From the NCBI GenBank assembly GCA_035447065.1, contig DAOTGJ010000001.1, forward strand, positions 79,694 to 143,693: 64,000 nt of DNA. Reading direction: 5' to 3'. A program made the translations under genes and the position numbers. Shown here in pieces: positions 57,155-64,000 of this stretch (its first letter is position 1; each line of letters begins with the position of its first letter). This DNA comes from Candidatus Krumholzibacteriia bacterium. GTDB taxonomy: Bacteria; Krumholzibacteriota; Krumholzibacteriia; LZORAL124-64-63. The notes beneath the pieces are model-generated. The model was not told the DNA's origin. It saw nothing but the letters and a program-made list of their open reading frames with translations, and searched no databases.

Positions 57155-57239
57155 AGCGCATCCCACGCGAGACAGCCGAGGCCGGGTGTGGGATGATCCG
57201 CCCATCGACCAACCCCGCGAATCGATGTCCGGAGAGATC

Positions 57240-59243
57240 ATGCGCGACCCCCGCTCCCTGCTGACCGCCCTGCTGGTCTTCCTGCTGCCCGCCGTGGTGG
57301 AGACCCTGGCCGCGTGCCAGGGCTTCAATCTCCTGGACGACGGCCTCTGGCTCCTGGGCGCGGACGTCCTGCGCCGCGGCGGCGTGCTCTACCGCGACCT
57401 CTTCGCCATCTACGGTCCCGCCAAGTTCGTGCTGCTGACGCCGCTGCTGGCGCTGACCGGCAACGCGGTGGCCCTGGCCCTGCTCAAGGGCGTCACGGTG
57501 GGGGCGGGGTCCCTGCTGGGCTTCCTGGCCGCGCGGCGCGGCGGCGCCGGCCGCCTGGCCTGGCTGGTGCCCCTGGGGGTGCTGGCCCTGGAGGCCAACC
57601 GCCCGCGCTATGCGGCGGCGGGGGCGCTGGCGCTGCTCACCGCCCGGGTGGCCGGAGGCGAAGGCTCGCGGCGGGACTGGGCGCTGCTGGGGCTGGCCTG
57701 GGCCGGGTTGGCGGCCTTCGGATTGGACGCGGCGGCGTACGGCGGCGTGATCATCGCGGGTACGGCGGTGCTGGCGCCGGCGCGTCGGCCGACCCCCGCG
57801 CAGCTGGGCGCGACGCTGGGCGGTCTCGCCGCCGGCCTGATCCTGCTGCTGGGCCTGGCCGCCGCCACGGGGGCGCTGGATGCGGCGGTGTGGGACACGG
57901 TGGTCTATCCGCTGACGCGCTTCAACGACGAGATGGGCCTCTCGCCCCTGGACAGCTTCCGCTCGCCGCAGGCGCTGGGGCAGCTCTTCGCGGAGCACCA
58001 GACCGGGGAGGCGTACGCGCCCGCCTGGCCGGGCCACGCGGCCCAGCTCGTGCTGGCGCGGCGGCTGCTCTATCTGGGTCTGCTGGCGTTGCCGGTGCTG
58101 GGTGTCGTGGCGAGCCTGCGCCGCCGTGAGGACACGCTGCTGGCCGCCGTCACCGCCTTCGCCCTGGCCGGCTGGTCCACCGCCGCGGTGCGCGGCGAGG
58201 CGGTGCATCTGGCCTGCGGCTGGCTGGGGGCGCTGTGGCTGCTGCCGCTGCTCGCCGCGAGGGTGCCGGTGCCGCGCCGGCCGCTGGCCGCGGCCGCGAC
58301 GGGCCTCTACGCCCTGGTCGCCCTGGGCCCCCTGCTGGCCGAGCCCGTCTGGCTGGCGCTCCATGCCGACCGCCCCGGCCTGGCGGTCTGGGACCGGCCT
58401 GCGGCCGGCATCCGCCTGAGCCGGGACCGCATCGCCGGCCTGGAGTCCGTGGGCGATTTCCTGGCCGAAGCGCGTCCCGACGCCGCGGTGTTCTGGCCCG
58501 TGCAGCCCGGGCTCAACGTGTTCTTCGACGTGCCTCCCGCCACCGCCCAGGCCACCCTGCTGGGCGGCGAGGTGCGCGACGCCGCCGCCGTGCTGAGCGA
58601 GCTGGGCCGCCACCCCCGCCGGGTGGTCCTGATGGGCCTGCAGCCGGGGGACCGCCGCCGCCGGAACAAGGACGTGGCGCCCGAGCTCTGGGACGGCCTG
58701 CGCCGCACCCACATGGTGGCCGCCCTCCTCACCGGTGGTCCCGACGAGTTCACCATGCTGGTCCCGCCGCCCCCGGGCACGCCCCTGGGCCGGCTGCCGC
58801 TGACCGCACGCCTGCCCGACGAACGCCACACCGTGGCCACCGCCGCCACGCCGCCGCTGACGCCGTCGGACCGCGTGGGCCAGAGCTTCCCGGTGGGCGG
58901 CAACGGCCTGTCCGGACTCGCGGTGAGGTTCGTGGCCGACGCGCCCGCGAACGTGGACCTGATCCTGACCGTCCGCGCTCTGGACGGCGAACGCCCCGGC
59001 CCCGAGCTCGGAGAGCGGCGCCTGCCCCTTCAGCTCGGTGAAGGCCAGAACCTCTACTACCTCCCCTTCGCGCCCGTCGACGGCGCCGCGGACCGCACGG
59101 TCCTTGTGGAGCTGGGCCTCGAGGCGTCCGCGGGCGTGGCCGTGCGAGCGCTCTGGAACCAGGGCGACGACGTGTATCCGGGCGGCCGGGCCTGGTGGAA
59201 CGGGCGCGGGGTGGAGGGGGATCTGTATTTCCTGAGCTATTGA
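57240..59243 (+). CDS. Polytopic membrane protein with a C-terminal soluble domain (possible GT-C-type glycosyltransferase)
   Basis: ORF 57186..59243. The ATG at 57240 follows GGAGAG. There are about 10 hydrophobic segments and an acidic first loop (NLLDDGLW), then a roughly 300-aa non-membrane tail. The family call is tentative. Confidence 0.65.
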   Translation: MRDPRSLLTALLVFLLPAVVETLAACQGFNLLDDGLWLLGADVLRRGGVLYRDLFAIYGPAKFVLLTPLLALTGNAVALALLKGVTVGAGSLLGFLAARRGGAGRLAWLVPLGVLALEANRPRYAAAGALALLTARVAGGEGSRRDWALLGLAWAGLAAFGLDAAAYGGVIIAGTAVLAPARRPTPAQLGATLGGLAAGLILLLGLAAATGALDAAVWDTVVYPLTRFNDEMGLSPLDSFRSPQALGQLFAEHQTGEAYAPAWPGHAAQLVLARRLLYLGLLALPVLGVVASLRRREDTLLAAVTAFALAGWSTAAVRGEAVHLACGWLGALWLLPLLAARVPVPRRPLAAAATGLYALVALGPLLAEPVWLALHADRPGLAVWDRPAAGIRLSRDRIAGLESVGDFLAEARPDAAVFWPVQPGLNVFFDVPPATAQATLLGGEVRDAAAVLSELGRHPRRVVLMGLQPGDRRRRNKDVAPELWDGLRRTHMVAALLTGGPDEFTMLVPPPPGTPLGRLPLTARLPDERHTVATAATPPLTPSDRVGQSFPVGGNGLSGLAVRFVADAPANVDLILTVRALDGERPGPELGERRLPLQLGEGQNLYYLPFAPVDGAADRTVLVELGLEASAGVAVRALWNQGDDVYPGGRAWWNGRGVEGDLYFLSY

Positions 59244-59339
59244 GTGCCTCCCCTTCCCCTCCGAGATTGACGCCGACGCGATCGTGCTTAACCATGGGGT
59301 GCTCACTTCGCTCCCCAGACAGACCGGAAGGAGGCCGGA

Positions 59340-62030
<2,691 letters not shown>

Positions 62031-62049
62031 GGAGCGCAAGGAGAGCGAC

Positions 62050-63362
62050 ATGAAGCAGGAGATCCGAGTCCCCGAGGTCAGCGACGGCGTGACCAAGGGC
62101 AAGGTCATCGGCCTGAGCGTGGCCGTGGGCGACCGCGTGGAGGTGGATCAGGCGCTGCTGGAGATGGAGACGGACAAGGCCGTGGTGGCCGTGCCGTCGC
62201 CCTTCACGGGCAAGATCACCGCCATCCTGGTGGACGAGGGCGACGAGGTGGCCGTGGGCCAGGTGGTCATGGCCGGCGAGCCGGAGGACGGCGCCGGCGC
62301 CGCTCCCGAGTCGGAGGCCGCGCCCACGCCCCAGCCGGAGCCCGAGCCCGCGACCCAGGCGTCGACGCCCGCTCCCGCGGCGCCGGAGCCGCCGCGCCCC
62401 GCGCCGGCTCCCGCGGCTTCCGGCAGCCTGCCGCCCCCGCGCACCGAGCCCACGCCGCCGGCGGAGGTGGCGCCGGCCTCGCCGGTGGTGCGCCGCTTCG
62501 CCCGCGAACTGGGCGTGGACATCCACGCCGTGCGCGGCAGCGGCCCCGGCGGCCGCATCTCCGAGCAGGACGTGCGCGACTTCGTGAAGGCCGCCCTGGC
62601 CGGCGGCGGCGGCGGCGGCGCGGTGGCCGTCTCGCGCCCGCTGCCCGACTTCGCCAAGTGGGGCGAGATCGCGCGGGAGCCCCTCTCGCAGGTGCGGAAG
62701 ATCACGGCCGACGCCATGGCCTACGCCTGGGCCACCGCCCCGCGCGTGACCCAGGACGACAAGGCCGACATCACCGCCCTGGAGGCCTTCCGCAAGCAGT
62801 ACAACCGCAAGGCCCCGGACGACGCCAAGCTCACCATGACCGCCATCCTGGTGAAGGTGGTGGCCGAGGCCCTGCACCGCTTCCCCCAGCTCAACTCCAC
62901 GCTGGACCTGGCCGCGGGCGAGCTGATCCTCAAGAGGTATGTGCACGTGGGCGTGGCCGTGGACACCCCGGGCGGCCTGCTGGTGCCGGTGATCCGCGAC
63001 GCCGACCGCAAGGGCGTGGCCACCCTGGCCGCGGAGCTCAACGCCACCGCCGCCAAGACCCGCGAGCGCCGCATCTCGCCCGCGGACATGGAGGGCGGCA
63101 GCTTCACCATCAGCAACCTGGGCGGCATCGGCGGCACGGGCTTCACGCCCATCGTCTACGCGCCCCAGGTGGCCATCCTGGGCGTGTCGCGCGCGGAGAT
63201 GGAGCCGGTGTGGGACGGCGAGGGCTTCGAGCCGCGCCTGCGCATGCCCCTGTCCCTCAGCTACGACCACCGCGTGGTGGACGGCGCCGACGGCGCCCGC
63301 TTCCTGCGCTGGATCTGCGAGGCCCTGGAGCAGCCCCTGCTGCTGGCCATGGAGGACGCGCG

Positions 63363-63366
<4 letters not shown>
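62050..63366 (+). CDS. aceF: Dihydrolipoamide acetyltransferase (PDH E2)
   Basis: 438-aa ORF with one lipoyl domain (LEMETDKAVVAVPSP) and an Ala/Pro linker. The E3-binding domain is PVVRRFARELGVDIHAVRGSGPGGRI. The catalytic block is SYDHRVVDGADGARF. Confidence 0.95.

Positions 63367-64000
<634 letters not shown>

Overview
This is a very GC-rich bacterial chromosomal segment. By eye it is about 70% GC, and third codon positions are almost all G/C. It is densely coding: about 47 protein genes and 3 tRNAs.

Because of the GC content, every real gene is shadowed by long spurious ORFs in other frames or on the opposite strand. I therefore called genes from protein-like sequence, catalytic motifs, RBS and start context, and 4-nt start/stop overlaps, not from ORF length. 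Two real genes run off the window edges and are missing from the ORF track (1..1806 minus; 63363..64000 plus). I translated both by hand.

The content is mostly core or housekeeping:
- the tilS-ftsH-folP-cdaA string with an adjacent tRNA(CAU)
- gltX with tRNA-Gln and tRNA-Glu
- the aceE-aceF-lpdA pyruvate dehydrogenase genes
- a peroxiredoxin
- queuosine genes queG and queF
- a MacA/MacB-type exporter
- a multi-PAS histidine kinase with three response regulators
- many exported proteins: a subtilase, a multihaem cytochrome, NHL and LVIVD-like propellers, and alkaline-phosphatase-superfamily enzymes

Lineage hint (inference): two exported proteins end in a FlgD-Ig / T9SS-type C-terminal sorting domain. 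That fits a high-GC member of the FCB-group or Gemmatimonadota-like uncultured lineages.

I saw no CRISPR array, transposase, integrase, phage structural gene or recognisable defence system. This looks like an ordinary core region, not an island.

The best candidates for something new are:
1. A bacterial homologue of the vertebrate tRNA-queuosine mannosyltransferase (GTDC1/DUF3524) that heads a small operon near queF and queG.
2. queG translationally coupled between an NMO-like flavoprotein and an orphan AmmeMemoRadiSam-type radical SAM enzyme.
3. A multihaem c-type cytochrome carrying a T9SS-type sorting domain.
4. A tight four-gene cassette of two paralogous alkaline-phosphatase-family enzymes, a 64-aa RHH-like protein and a membrane protein.
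5. One kinase with three REC proteins whose outputs are HDOD, degenerate HD-GYP and intact HD-GYP.

All functional calls come from my own reading of motifs. No database search was run.
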